Below are positions 19,187 through 27,210 of a DNA stretch of 64,000 nt, one piece after another. The stretch comes from a virus (taxonomy: Duplodnaviria > Caudoviricetes). Positions within the stretch are counted from its first letter, which is position 1, and each line of letters begins with the position of its first letter. The DNA is taken from positions 13,242 through 77,241 of the IMG/VR virus record IMGVR_UViG_3300006151_000007. The stretch is one strand, 5' to 3'. The translations under genes and the position numbers were made by a program. The notes under the pieces were generated by a model. It was not told where the DNA came from. It did not search any database and saw only the letters and a program-made list of their open reading frames with translations.

Positions 19187-19965
19187 ACGAGTTGCAGATC
19201 TTCAACCACCCAGACTTTGGGCAGGTTCGTACATACGAGGAAAACGGGAAGGTACTTTTTTGTGGCGTTGACGTTGCTTTTACGCTTGGTTATTCAAAAC
19301 CGCGTAACGCTTTGGCCCAGCATTGTAAGGGAGCCCTAAAACGGGGCATCCAAACAAACGGCGGGATGCAAGAGATGATTTTCATACCCGAGAGTGACTT
19401 GTACCGCCTTGTGTTTGGTTCTAAGCTACCCACGGCGGAGAAGTTCACCGATTGGGTGACGGAGGAAGTCCTCCCCTCCATCCGCCGTACAGGGGGGTAC
19501 ACGGTGCAGCCTACTCCCATGACCCCCGCCCAGCTCATCGCCGCCCAGGCCCAGCTCCTGGTGGACATGGAGAAGCGCATGGACGAAGTTCAGGGCCAGA
19601 CCCGCGCCCTGGAGGCGAAGGTGGACACGGCCATGAAAGCGTTCTCCCGACCGGCGCAGGATCACTGGAAGGCCGACATGGACAAGGCGGTGAAGGAGCT
19701 GAACGCCCGCATGGGCTGGAGCCTGCCGAAGCTGCAAGGGAAGCTCTACCAAACGCTGGAGGACACGGCGAACTGCAACCTCAATATGAGGCTGACCGCC
19801 CTGCGTAAGCGGATGAAAAAGACCGGCATGAGGTACAGGGACGCGAGGATGCTGAACAAGCTGGACGCCGTCGCGGCGGACAAGCAGCTCCGGGCCATCT
19901 TCGAGGGTATCGTGAGGAGCTATCAGGCCCAGGCGGTCCCCAGCAGAGAGGAGGCCCAGGGATGA
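19183..19965 (+). CDS. BRO-N antirepressor-like protein
   Basis: FNHPDFGQVRT...IPESDLYRLVFGSKLPTAEKFTDWVTEEVLPSIRRTGGY. Confidence 0.9.
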   Translation: MNELQIFNHPDFGQVRTYEENGKVLFCGVDVAFTLGYSKPRNALAQHCKGALKRGIQTNGGMQEMIFIPESDLYRLVFGSKLPTAEKFTDWVTEEVLPSIRRTGGYTVQPTPMTPAQLIAAQAQLLVDMEKRMDEVQGQTRALEAKVDTAMKAFSRPAQDHWKADMDKAVKELNARMGWSLPKLQGKLYQTLEDTANCNLNMRLTALRKRMKKTGMRYRDARMLNKLDAVAADKQLRAIFEGIVRSYQAQAVPSREEAQG

Positions 19966-20213
19966 GCGACGGCGACAAGAAGCTCTACGAGCTGACGCTG
20001 AACGCGGACGGCCTGCGCTTCCGGCGCGCCGACCCGCACCCGCTGACGGCGGAACAGAAGTACGACATCGCCAGGAAGCTGCTCCTGCTGGCCGCAGCCG
20101 CCCTGTGCGCGGGTTTCGTGTGGGCGATCGCCGCACTGTGCGACGTCCCCGGGCTGCTCATAACGCTGGCGGTCATATCAGTGTTGGTGATGATGGGGAA
20201 GGGGCTGGATTGA
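19962..20213 (+). CDS. Two-TM membrane protein
   Basis: Two hydrophobic helices; ATGA overlap. Confidence 0.6.
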   Translation: MSDGDKKLYELTLNADGLRFRRADPHPLTAEQKYDIARKLLLLAAAALCAGFVWAIAALCDVPGLLITLAVISVLVMMGKGLD

Positions 20214-20404
20214 GGGCAGGCTTTCCGCGATCTAAACGCAAAGGAGGCTGGGGAGACCCAGCCTCTTTTCATCTTTCCCATAACTTCACATATCTTCACC
20301 GAAACGCCGCACAAGGATCGTTCAGATATGATATGCTCGGACCATAGGAGGACATAGAGATCAGGCAGCAAGGCTGCCATGCCGATAGGCGTCTCTGTGT
20401 CCTC

Positions 20405-20878
20405 CTATTCATAGATGCTCGTATATTCCCCCATCCCGGAAAAGTCCATCTCCCCAGAGAACGTTCCTTTATATGGCGCGTCTACCGGGCCGGAAAGCTT
20501 TTCGAACATGATGAGCGCATACTTATCGCCTTCGCGTAGCTCGATCTCGTCATTCGATACGTTCGTCAGACGGAAAAAGACCTTCGTGTGGTGTCCCGGC
20601 TGATATATCGGAGCATCTAGGGACAAACCCTGACGGATCCTGCTGTTTTTCAGCGACAAGCGAGCTATCATATCGTTCGGTAGCTTGATGTTCTCCTTAG
20701 TGCCTACGAAAACCGATTCTCCGCTTTTCAAAGTGACGTGAGAAGTCAGGGCCTCTCGGGAGACGAAATGATCCGCACGCAGATCGTACCCGATGCTAGT
20801 GAGACAATCCGGCTCGTGGTTCTCGATCAGATCGTGCTTCGATATCCAGTTATGTATCTCGCGGTCTGTCAGCACCAT
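20405..20878 (-). CDS. dcd: dCTP deaminase / trimeric dUTPase-superfamily protein
   Basis: MVLTDREI...GYDLR...KSGESV...E.IKLPND..ARLSLKNSRIRQGL...YQPG; own minus-strand TATAAT. Confidence 0.65.
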   Translation of the reverse strand: MVLTDREIHNWISKHDLIENHEPDCLTSIGYDLRADHFVSREALTSHVTLKSGESVFVGTKENIKLPNDMIARLSLKNSRIRQGLSLDAPIYQPGHHTKVFFRLTNVSNDEIELREGDKYALIMFEKLSGPVDAPYKGTFSGEMDFSGMGEYTSIYE

Positions 20879-20970
20879 ATATACCCCTCCTCGCTGATGG
20901 TACGCTTATTATACACCGAACGATGAAGATCGTAAAGCAAGAAAAATACGCTTCGATTTGGAGGTGCCCG

Positions 20971-21357
20971 ATGGGCTACGCCTATTACGACCCGAACCCC
21001 GCCGGGCGGTCCGTCGGGGACTGCACCGTCCGGGCCATCTCGAAAGCTCTGGGGCAGACGTGGGAAGAGACCTATGTGGGGCTGGCCTTGGAAGGCTTCC
21101 GGTGTGGCGACCTGCCCAATGCCGACGATGTGTGGGGGAGCTACCTGAAAGCGCATGGCTTCACCCGGCACTGGCTCCCGGACGAGTGCCCGGAGTGCTA
21201 CACTGTGGCGGCGTTCGCGCAGGACGAGCCCCAGGGCATCTACGTCTTGTCCATGCCGGGCCGCCATGTGGTGACTGTGGTGGATGGGAGATATTTCGAC
21301 TCATGGGACAGCGGGGGAGAGGTCCCCACATACTACTGGATGAAGGAGCGTCGATGA
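20971..21357 (+). CDS. Cluster gene 1: putative papain-like (C39-like) Cys protein
   Basis: GDCTVRAI...GRHVVTVVDG.YFDSWDS gives a candidate Cys-His-Asp triad. Confidence 0.6.
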   Translation: MGYAYYDPNPAGRSVGDCTVRAISKALGQTWEETYVGLALEGFRCGDLPNADDVWGSYLKAHGFTRHWLPDECPECYTVAAFAQDEPQGIYVLSMPGRHVVTVVDGRYFDSWDSGGEVPTYYWMKERR

Positions 21358-21851
21358 TGGCATACCCTACCTATCAATATCCGGGCTACCAGCCCACACC
21401 GGTCTACTATCCGAGCCCTGTGCCCGACCAGCTCGCCCAGCTCCGGCAGAACCAGATGCAGCAGCCGATGATGCAGGGGCCGCAGATGCCGCAGCAGCCG
21501 GTCCAAGCTGTGCCCCAGCCTCAGCAGGCCGACCCCGGCGGGATCATCTGGGTGCAGGGAGATGCCGGAGCAAAAGCGTACATGGTGGCCCCTGGGAATA
21601 CGGTCCCGCTGTGGGACAGTGAGGACCAGGTGATCTATCTGAAATCGGTGGACATGTCCGGTATGCCGTCCATGCGGGTACTGGATTACACGGAGCGCAG
21701 CATCGCACAGCCACAGCGCCAGGAGCAAGCTGCGCCCAAGATAGACCTGACCCCATACATCACCCGGGACGAGCTGGAGGACATCCTGGCCGAGCGCCTG
21801 AAACGGCCTGGGAGGACCGCCAAGCCAAAGGAGGAAGCGAACGATGAGTAA
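21354..21851 (+). CDS. Cluster gene 2: Y/P/Q-rich N-terminus plus globular domain
   Basis: Low-complexity first 60 aa, then IIWVQG..GAKAY.VAPG..V.LWDSE. Confidence 0.75.
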   Translation: MMAYPTYQYPGYQPTPVYYPSPVPDQLAQLRQNQMQQPMMQGPQMPQQPVQAVPQPQQADPGGIIWVQGDAGAKAYMVAPGNTVPLWDSEDQVIYLKSVDMSGMPSMRVLDYTERSIAQPQRQEQAAPKIDLTPYITRDELEDILAERLKRPGRTAKPKEEANDE

Positions 21852-22086
21852 TCCCATTTTCCAGGCCCTTGGCGGGCCGTGCGGACAGCAGGGAGGCCCT
21901 ATGGGCATGATGCAGGCTTTCCAGCAGTTCATGCAGCAGAATCAGGGCAAGGACCCGAATGAGATGATCCGGCAGATGCTTTCCTCCGGCAAGCTCAACC
22001 AGCAGCAGCTCGACCAGGCCCAACAGATGGCGAAGCAGATGGAGGGGCCGCTGAGCGGGATGAAAGCGATGTTTGGTTTCAAGTAA
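21844..22086 (+). CDS. Cluster gene 3: Gln/Met-rich 80-aa protein
   Basis: Composition; overlap with gene 2. Confidence 0.75.
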   Translation: MSNPIFQALGGPCGQQGGPMGMMQAFQQFMQQNQGKDPNEMIRQMLSSGKLNQQQLDQAQQMAKQMEGPLSGMKAMFGFK

Positions 22087-22139
22087 GTCTAAAAATGCGG
22101 CCGCATTTTAGAAAATACATCAACAAAGGAGAGTAAACT

Positions 22140-23021
22140 ATGTCTCTTGGTAGTGAAAGCGGCGTTCCTGCCGTCATGAATGTGGCTCCCACCGGCTCCG
22201 GCTACAATGGGAACGGCGGCGGCTGGGGCGGTGATTGGGGAGCTTGGATCATCCTGTTCCTCATCTTCGGCATGTTCGGCTGGGGCGGCATGGGTGGCTT
22301 CGGCGGGTTCGGCGGCGGCGCCGGCCTCCAGGGTGCTCTGACCCGCGCCGACCTGTGCAGCGAGTTCAACTTCAACGGCCTGGAGAACGCCGTGCGTGGG
22401 GTACAGCAGGGCATCTGCGACAGCACCTATGCCCTCAACAACTCGATCAACGGCCTGGGCGTGAACGTCATGCAGGGCTTCCACGGCGTGGACAATGCCA
22501 TCTGTAACCTGGGCTTCACCACCCAGCAGGGCTTCAACGCCACCCAGGTGGCCATGATGCAGGGCAACAATGCTCTTCAGGCGCAGCTCGCCCAGTGCTG
22601 CTGCGACAACCGGGTGGGCCAGATGCAGATCGCCAACCAGATGCAGGCGGACACCTGTGCCCTGACCAACACCATGAACAACAACACCCGGGACACTTTG
22701 GCGAACCAGGACGCCAACGCTCGCGCCATCTTGGACGCCCTGACTGCCCAGCGGCTGGAGGCCAAGGACGAGCGCATCGCCGCTCAGGCCGCCCAGATCC
22801 AGGCGCTCCAGCTCAGCGCCTCCCAGGCGCAGCAGAACGCCGCGATCGGCGCGATGATCTCCGCCAGCGAGGCCACCATCCTGCGCCGCACCGGCGCGGA
22901 GTGCCCCACTCCTGCCTACGTGGTGCAGCCGCCCACTCCGGTGAACTTCCCCACCAACTGCTGCGGCACGTTCAACGGCTGGGGCAACAACGGCGGCTGT
23001 AACGGCGGCTGCGGGTGCTGA
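22140..23021 (+). CDS. Cluster gene 4: Gly-rich/hydrophobic N-terminus, long N/Q-rich coiled coil, Cys-rich tail
   Basis: WGAWIILFLIFGMFGWGG; QCCCD; CNGGCGC terminus; strong RBS. Confidence 0.8.
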   Translation: MSLGSESGVPAVMNVAPTGSGYNGNGGGWGGDWGAWIILFLIFGMFGWGGMGGFGGFGGGAGLQGALTRADLCSEFNFNGLENAVRGVQQGICDSTYALNNSINGLGVNVMQGFHGVDNAICNLGFTTQQGFNATQVAMMQGNNALQAQLAQCCCDNRVGQMQIANQMQADTCALTNTMNNNTRDTLANQDANARAILDALTAQRLEAKDERIAAQAAQIQALQLSASQAQQNAAIGAMISASEATILRRTGAECPTPAYVVQPPTPVNFPTNCCGTFNGWGNNGGCNGGCGC

Positions 23022-23139
23022 CACGATCCAACGCATTTTTTGACGCAGTCTGATGCGTTGGCTCCCCGGAACGACGGGTGATCATTTCGGGGCGGCGGAC
23101 CATGTGTCTGCTGCCCCTGACATTTAGGAGGTATGATCT

Positions 23140-23538
23140 ATGGCCTGTAGACCTGTCTGCAAGCTCTGTGACCGGCTGGTGATCAGCCAGGCCGTAACCT
23201 TTACCGGCGGCAATCTGGCGATCGACCTGCCCGCCGGGAACTATAACAACAAAGAAAAGTACTGCATCGTGGTGGCCCAGGCGATCCCTGCTGCCACGAC
23301 TATCAACGCGCCTGTGGTGGTCACCATCGGCGGCGGAACGGAGCTCTATCCTTTGACCGACCGTTGCTGCGCACAGCTCACCGCCTGCGCCATCCGGACC
23401 AGGACGCGGTATGCCACAGTGGTGTCCACCAGCGGGACCGGAGGCACGTTCAAGCTTCTGGGCAACGCCTGCCCGTGCCCCACCAACAACTTGGCCAGCA
23501 TCAACGGGACGGCCCCCGCCGCCGCGCCTACGGCCTGA
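23140..23538 (+). CDS. Cluster gene 5: Cys-rich beta-sandwich-like protein
   Basis: 9 Cys in 132 aa; beta-strand pattern; RBS aggagg. Confidence 0.75.
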   Translation: MACRPVCKLCDRLVISQAVTFTGGNLAIDLPAGNYNNKEKYCIVVAQAIPAATTINAPVVVTIGGGTELYPLTDRCCAQLTACAIRTRTRYATVVSTSGTGGTFKLLGNACPCPTNNLASINGTAPAAAPTA

Positions 23539-23554
23539 AAGGAGAGACGACATC

Positions 23555-23986
23555 ATGGAAAAACTTTACGACCTGAAGGACAAGCTGTGCGAGGAGCTGG
23601 AGGAACTCGCCCGCAAGCAGGAGATGGGAGCGGGGGATCTGGAAGTCATCCACAAGCTCACCGACACCATCAAGAACATCGATAAGATCTGTATGCTGGA
23701 GGACGAAGGCGGCTACAGCGAAGCTGTGGATGGCGGAGACTATGGCCAGGGCTCCAGCTATGCCGGCCGTGGCAGGCGCGATACCAGAGGCCGGTACAGT
23801 CGAGACGACGGGCGGGACGGCGGTATGGCCGGCTACAGTTCCCGCCGCCGGGACAGCCGCGGCCGCTACAGCCGCGACGATGGCCGCAGCGAGATGATGG
23901 AGCATCTGGAGATGGCTCTGGACTCCGCCACCGAAAAGGACCGGGAGACCATCAAGCGCTTCATGCGCCAGTTGGAGAACGCCTAA
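23555..23986 (+). CDS. Cluster gene 6: acidic helical protein with RDxRGRYSRDDGR repeats
   Basis: Two RRD(T/S)RGRYSRDDGR repeats; RBS aaggag. Confidence 0.75.
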   Translation: MEKLYDLKDKLCEELEELARKQEMGAGDLEVIHKLTDTIKNIDKICMLEDEGGYSEAVDGGDYGQGSSYAGRGRRDTRGRYSRDDGRDGGMAGYSSRRRDSRGRYSRDDGRSEMMEHLEMALDSATEKDRETIKRFMRQLENA

Positions 23987-23998
23987 GGGGGTGCGGCG

Positions 23999-24337
23999 AT
24001 GTCCGCGCCGAACCTCAAAGAGATAGAATGGGCCATCTCTGAGTTGGAGCAGGAGGAGAGCTCCGAAGGCCGGTACACGCTGCTGGCCGCGCTCTACACC
24101 TGCCGGAACGAGATGCTTGGCCTGTCCGCTCCCCAGCCGCAGATCGCGGCCTACTCGGAAGCGCCGGCTCCGGCCCAAGAACGGCTGGGCCATTATGGCG
24201 ACAGCGACTTTCTGAGGGCGGTAGCGGGGAAGGACCCGTCGGACGCATGGGCGGTCATGGACGAGCTCATGGAGACGCTCCAGGTGGTGAACCAGAGGGC
24301 CTATGACAGCGTGATGCGGAAGCTGGGGAGATTGTGA
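23999..24337 (+). CDS. Cluster gene 7: helical hypothetical protein
   Basis: RBS ggggtg; ends at terminator. Confidence 0.7.
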   Translation: MSAPNLKEIEWAISELEQEESSEGRYTLLAALYTCRNEMLGLSAPQPQIAAYSEAPAPAQERLGHYGDSDFLRAVAGKDPSDAWAVMDELMETLQVVNQRAYDSVMRKLGRL

Positions 24338-24339
24338 CG

Positions 24340-24366
24340 AGGAGGGGCTGAGAGGCCCCTCCTTTG
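24340..24366. terminator. Terminator closing the cluster
   Basis: aggaggggc-tgagag-gcccctcct then ttg. Confidence 0.7.
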
Positions 24367-24370
24367 TTAG

Positions 24371-24408
24371 CCATATATAGTATGACCTACGGGTTAGTTC
24401 AATTATGG
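24371..24408. other. Putative serine-integrase att site
   Basis: ccatatatagtatgacc-tacg-ggttagttcaattatgg: 17-bp arms, 10/17 inverted matches, overlapping the integrase stop. Confidence 0.5.
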
Positions 24409-25724
24409 CGAAAAGGAGATACAAAAAAACGGTCGTCGTTCGTCACGGTTATCGTGCCGATGACTCGGCTCCAAAACTCCTTTTTTTCCTGTCTTGAAAG
24501 CCATCCATACGCCATCAATATGTTTTGTACGGGCTTGATGTCTACGAGCTTGGGGGGCTGGGCTTCAGGAGCGTGGACTTCTCGCAACTGATCTCGCAGG
24601 GAAAGGTAGTCCCGTTCATACGACTCCTTTTCGATCAGGTCGTTCAGATACAGGTCCTTCAGCTTCTCCATCTTCCGCTTGATCTTTTCCACATCGACGG
24701 TCGGTCGTTTCGATACCGCCGATCGTGTGGCCAAAACATTATGCATCTCGTAGCTCGATATGAGGTTCTCCAAAAGCCATTGCTCCAGGACGAGTTCGCT
24801 CGTCCTTTTTTTATGTGTGCATAAGTGTAACTTCTCATATTTCGTACAGCGATAGTATGTATATTTTTTTGCGACCACATGAGCGCTCAACCGGTTCCCG
24901 CATTCTGCGCAACGCACGAGGCTGGTGAACAGATACACCCGGTCGGATCTGGCAAGGTTCCGTTGCGCTCGTTGCTTGAGCAATTCCTGGCATAGCTGGA
25001 ACTGCTCCTGCGAAATGATAGGCGGGCAGAAGTCGTCTTGCCCGTGCGCGCGGCCGATGTATCGTTCGTTATCTAAGAGGGCGCGGATCCCGGTCTGCCC
25101 GTACACGAGGCCATATTTGTTCATGACGTATTCCCGCAAGGCCCGGACCGACCGGATGATGGTATATTGCTGGAATATATCTTGTGCGATCGGCGCGGTG
25201 TCTGGGTCGATCGCCATCTTCTTGTTCTCTATCTTATATCCCAGAGGCACCTTTCCGCTGATGACCTCTCCACGCTGCACCTTATCTTCAAAAACGAACT
25301 TGATACGTTCTCCAGTCCTGTCCGCCTCGTCCTGAGCCACGCTGAGCATGATGTTTATCTTCAGCCGCCCGGATGCGGTGGAGGTGTCGTAATCCTCCTG
25401 GATGGTGCGCCAGTCCACGTGGCACTTCTCCAAGATCTCCTGGACTTTGTAGTACTCTGCGATATTGCGGAACCATCGGTCCAGCTTGGTGAACACGATG
25501 AGCTCGCCCCTTCCGGCCTGGGCGTCCAGGAGGAGTCGTTGCAGCTCCGGGCGCTTCTTGGCGGGCTTTCGGGCGGAAATGCCCGCGTCTATATAGACGC
25601 CCACCACCTTGTGCCCGTTGGTCTTGGCCCACTCCTCCAGGGCGGTGACCTGTGCCTCGATGGACAAGCCATGGACCGCCTGCTCCTCAGTGGATACACG
25701 GGCGTATAGGAAAACTCGCTTCAT
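24399..25724 (-). CDS. Large serine recombinase (integrase)
   Basis: YARVSTEEQ catalytic Ser motif; recombinase domain; Zn ribbon CAEC...YYRC...C; coiled coil. Confidence 0.95.
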   Translation of the reverse strand: MKRVFLYARVSTEEQAVHGLSIEAQVTALEEWAKTNGHKVVGVYIDAGISARKPAKKRPELQRLLLDAQAGRGELIVFTKLDRWFRNIAEYYKVQEILEKCHVDWRTIQEDYDTSTASGRLKINIMLSVAQDEADRTGERIKFVFEDKVQRGEVISGKVPLGYKIENKKMAIDPDTAPIAQDIFQQYTIIRSVRALREYVMNKYGLVYGQTGIRALLDNERYIGRAHGQDDFCPPIISQEQFQLCQELLKQRAQRNLARSDRVYLFTSLVRCAECGNRLSAHVVAKKYTYYRCTKYEKLHLCTHKKRTSELVLEQWLLENLISSYEMHNVLATRSAVSKRPTVDVEKIKRKMEKLKDLYLNDLIEKESYERDYLSLRDQLREVHAPEAQPPKLVDIKPVQNILMAYGWLSRQEKKEFWSRVIGTITVTNDDRFFVSPFRHN

Positions 25725-25860
25725 TTTATCATCTCCTGGAAAACGTTGCCCGACTCATGATACCACAAATGGGGTCCAATAAACCGGCACTTTAAGCGAT
25801 TTCTCGAAAAATCTACGGTTTCCACGAATGCGGCTGCTTCGTTTTGTGGAAGATTGCGGG

Positions 25861-25889
25861 TTGAAAGCGTGGAACGGTTGTATTATAAT
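25861..25889 (+). promoter_or_regulatory. Sigma-A promoter for the 33-aa gene
   Basis: TTGAAA-17-TATAAT. Confidence 0.7.
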
Positions 25890-25930
25890 TTGCAACAGGC
25901 AAGCGGATAATAGATTGGGAGGAGATATCG

Positions 25931-26032
25931 ATGAGGGACGCAATTTTAAGGGAAAAGATTTTGGAACTTCTTGAATCAGCCAAAGAACGCGAACTAGACC
26001 TAATATATAGGATCCTAAAAAACATGATATAG
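25931..26032 (+). CDS. 33-aa protein MRDAILREKILELLESAKERELDLIYRILKNMI
   Basis: Promoter and RBS gggagga; similar to 19061..19186. Confidence 0.65.
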   Translation: MRDAILREKILELLESAKERELDLIYRILKNMI

Positions 26033-26058
26033 AGATTACTTGGACTGAGCCAAACGGC

Positions 26059-26439
26059 TCAGTCCTTTTTTGTATCCCCAAACAACTCTAGCGCCTTTCG
26101 TTCAATAAACTCCCACTCTGATTCATCCAGCCGGGCCAATATCGACACAAAGCGTCGCTTAAAATTATCTTCTTCTCCTTTCAAAATGTTTCCGACAAAA
26201 TCTGCGATTTCTTGGCTACGGGTCGTAGGCACGAACATGTCTCCCTCGCCAGTTCGAAGCCAATTTTCATTTACATCAAACTCTCGGCAGATAGCCAAAC
26301 GTATTTGGTCGGAAACTGCATTTTCTCCATGTTCAATTTTAGAAATAGCAGATTTTTGTACGCCTACCCGTTCTCCAAATTTCTCCATTGTCAAGGCCTT
26401 AGCTTTCCTCACCTCTTTGATCCTTTCGTTTTCGGTCAA
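26059..26439 (-). CDS. CI-like XRE repressor (TTG start)
   Basis: RIKEVRKAKALTMEKFGERVGVQKSAISKIEHG HTH; RBS aaggaggtgg. Confidence 0.9.
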   Translation of the reverse strand: MTENERIKEVRKAKALTMEKFGERVGVQKSAISKIEHGENAVSDQIRLAICREFDVNENWLRTGEGDMFVPTTRSQEIADFVGNILKGEEDNFKRRFVSILARLDESEWEFIERKALELFGDTKKD

Positions 26440-26466
26440 ATCGACCACCTCCTTATTTACATTCAT

Positions 26467-26570
26467 ACTATAGCATAAAAAAAATGGACCGTCAAGAAAG
26501 AAGTTTCTTTAAGACACAGAAAAAGCTTGACAAAGTTTCTTTAAGGGATTATACTGTGCCTGTAAGATAC
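26467..26570. promoter_or_regulatory. Lysis-lysogeny switch: divergent promoters and three operator-like 15-mers
   Basis: TTGACA-17-TATACT (26527-26555, +); TTGACG-17-TATAGT (26495-26467, -); gtttctttaagacac, gtttctttaagggat, gtgcctgtaagatac. Confidence 0.8.
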
Positions 26571-26587
26571 GAACAGGAGGTGAGACG

Positions 26588-26740
26588 ATGTCTGAGAAGG
26601 ACAAAAGAATCATGGAGACATTTGAAAGGGTCGTTCCCAATCTGAGCGAAATCGACAAGGAAAAGCTGCTGGCTTTTGGTGAGGGCGTAGCTCTTATGGC
26701 CGAGCGGCAGAGGAGCGGCCTAACTCATGGCAGCGCGTGA
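26588..26740 (+). CDS. 50-aa early protein (Cro position)
   Basis: RBS aggaggtga; first gene after the rightward promoter. Confidence 0.7.
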   Translation: MSEKDKRIMETFERVVPNLSEIDKEKLLAFGEGVALMAERQRSGLTHGSA

Positions 26741-26754
26741 GGGGAGGTGAGGAT

Positions 26755-26913
26755 GTGGAAATCATCATTAAGGGCGAACCCAATGAAATCGCTGCCCTCG
26801 TGCTGGCGGCACAGGAGCAACAGACCCACGTGGAGGGCATTGACGTAAAAAAGCTGATCGCGGAAATCAACCGCGCCACCCAGGAAGCTGGAAAAGCTGT
26901 CTTGTTGGTGTAA
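26755..26913 (+). CDS. 52-aa early protein (GTG; MEIIIKGEPNEIAALVL...)
   Basis: RBS ggaggtga; hand-translated. Confidence 0.55.
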   Translation: MEIIIKGEPNEIAALVLAAQEQQTHVEGIDVKKLIAEINRATQEAGKAVLLV

Positions 26914-26991
26914 GCCCAACTACCTGCTGGGCCTTGACGCCAGCCGGCCCAGCGCGTGAGGGGGAAGGTCGGCGGGGGAGGGGGTGAGTCA

Positions 26992-27210
26992 TTGAAAAAG
27001 ACTTTTGAAGAAATCAACAATTCTAGGCCATTCTTGTACAGTGAGAACGATGAGACCCGCAACAGTAGAATTGATGATTGCAACCGCAATGTCGTGCCTG
27101 AACTTCTCTCGCTCATTTATGGGACCCTTCGCATCCTGCTCTTTTTTATCAGCATTTTCTCTGGTGCGATCATTGCGCTCCTTCTCAGAATGATTGCCAC
27201 ACTTACCTGA
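26992..27210 (+). CDS. Small membrane protein (TTG start)
   Basis: C-terminal hydrophobic helix; AT-richer than flanks. Confidence 0.45.
   Translation: MKKTFEEINNSRPFLYSENDETRNSRIDDCNRNVVPELLSLIYGTLRILLFFISIFSGAIIALLLRMIATLT

Larger units (their letters stand above)
1..24370 (+). mobile_element. Siphophage segment A (tail, lysis, cargo, terminal gene cluster; left end outside window)
   Basis: Colinear chaperone-Gp15-tape measure-tail-fibre-holin-amidase order, followed by accessory genes up to the att-like site. Confidence 0.85.

Noticed and set aside
20405-20878. dcd-like gene as the known anti-phage dCTP deaminase
   Set aside because: Motifs fit the trimeric dUTPase/Dcd fold, not the Zn-dependent CMP/dCMP-deaminase-plus-kinase type described for defence
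25755-26081. Minus-strand ORFs between integrase and cI
   Set aside because: They overlap a better-supported plus-strand promoter, RBS and 33-aa ORF
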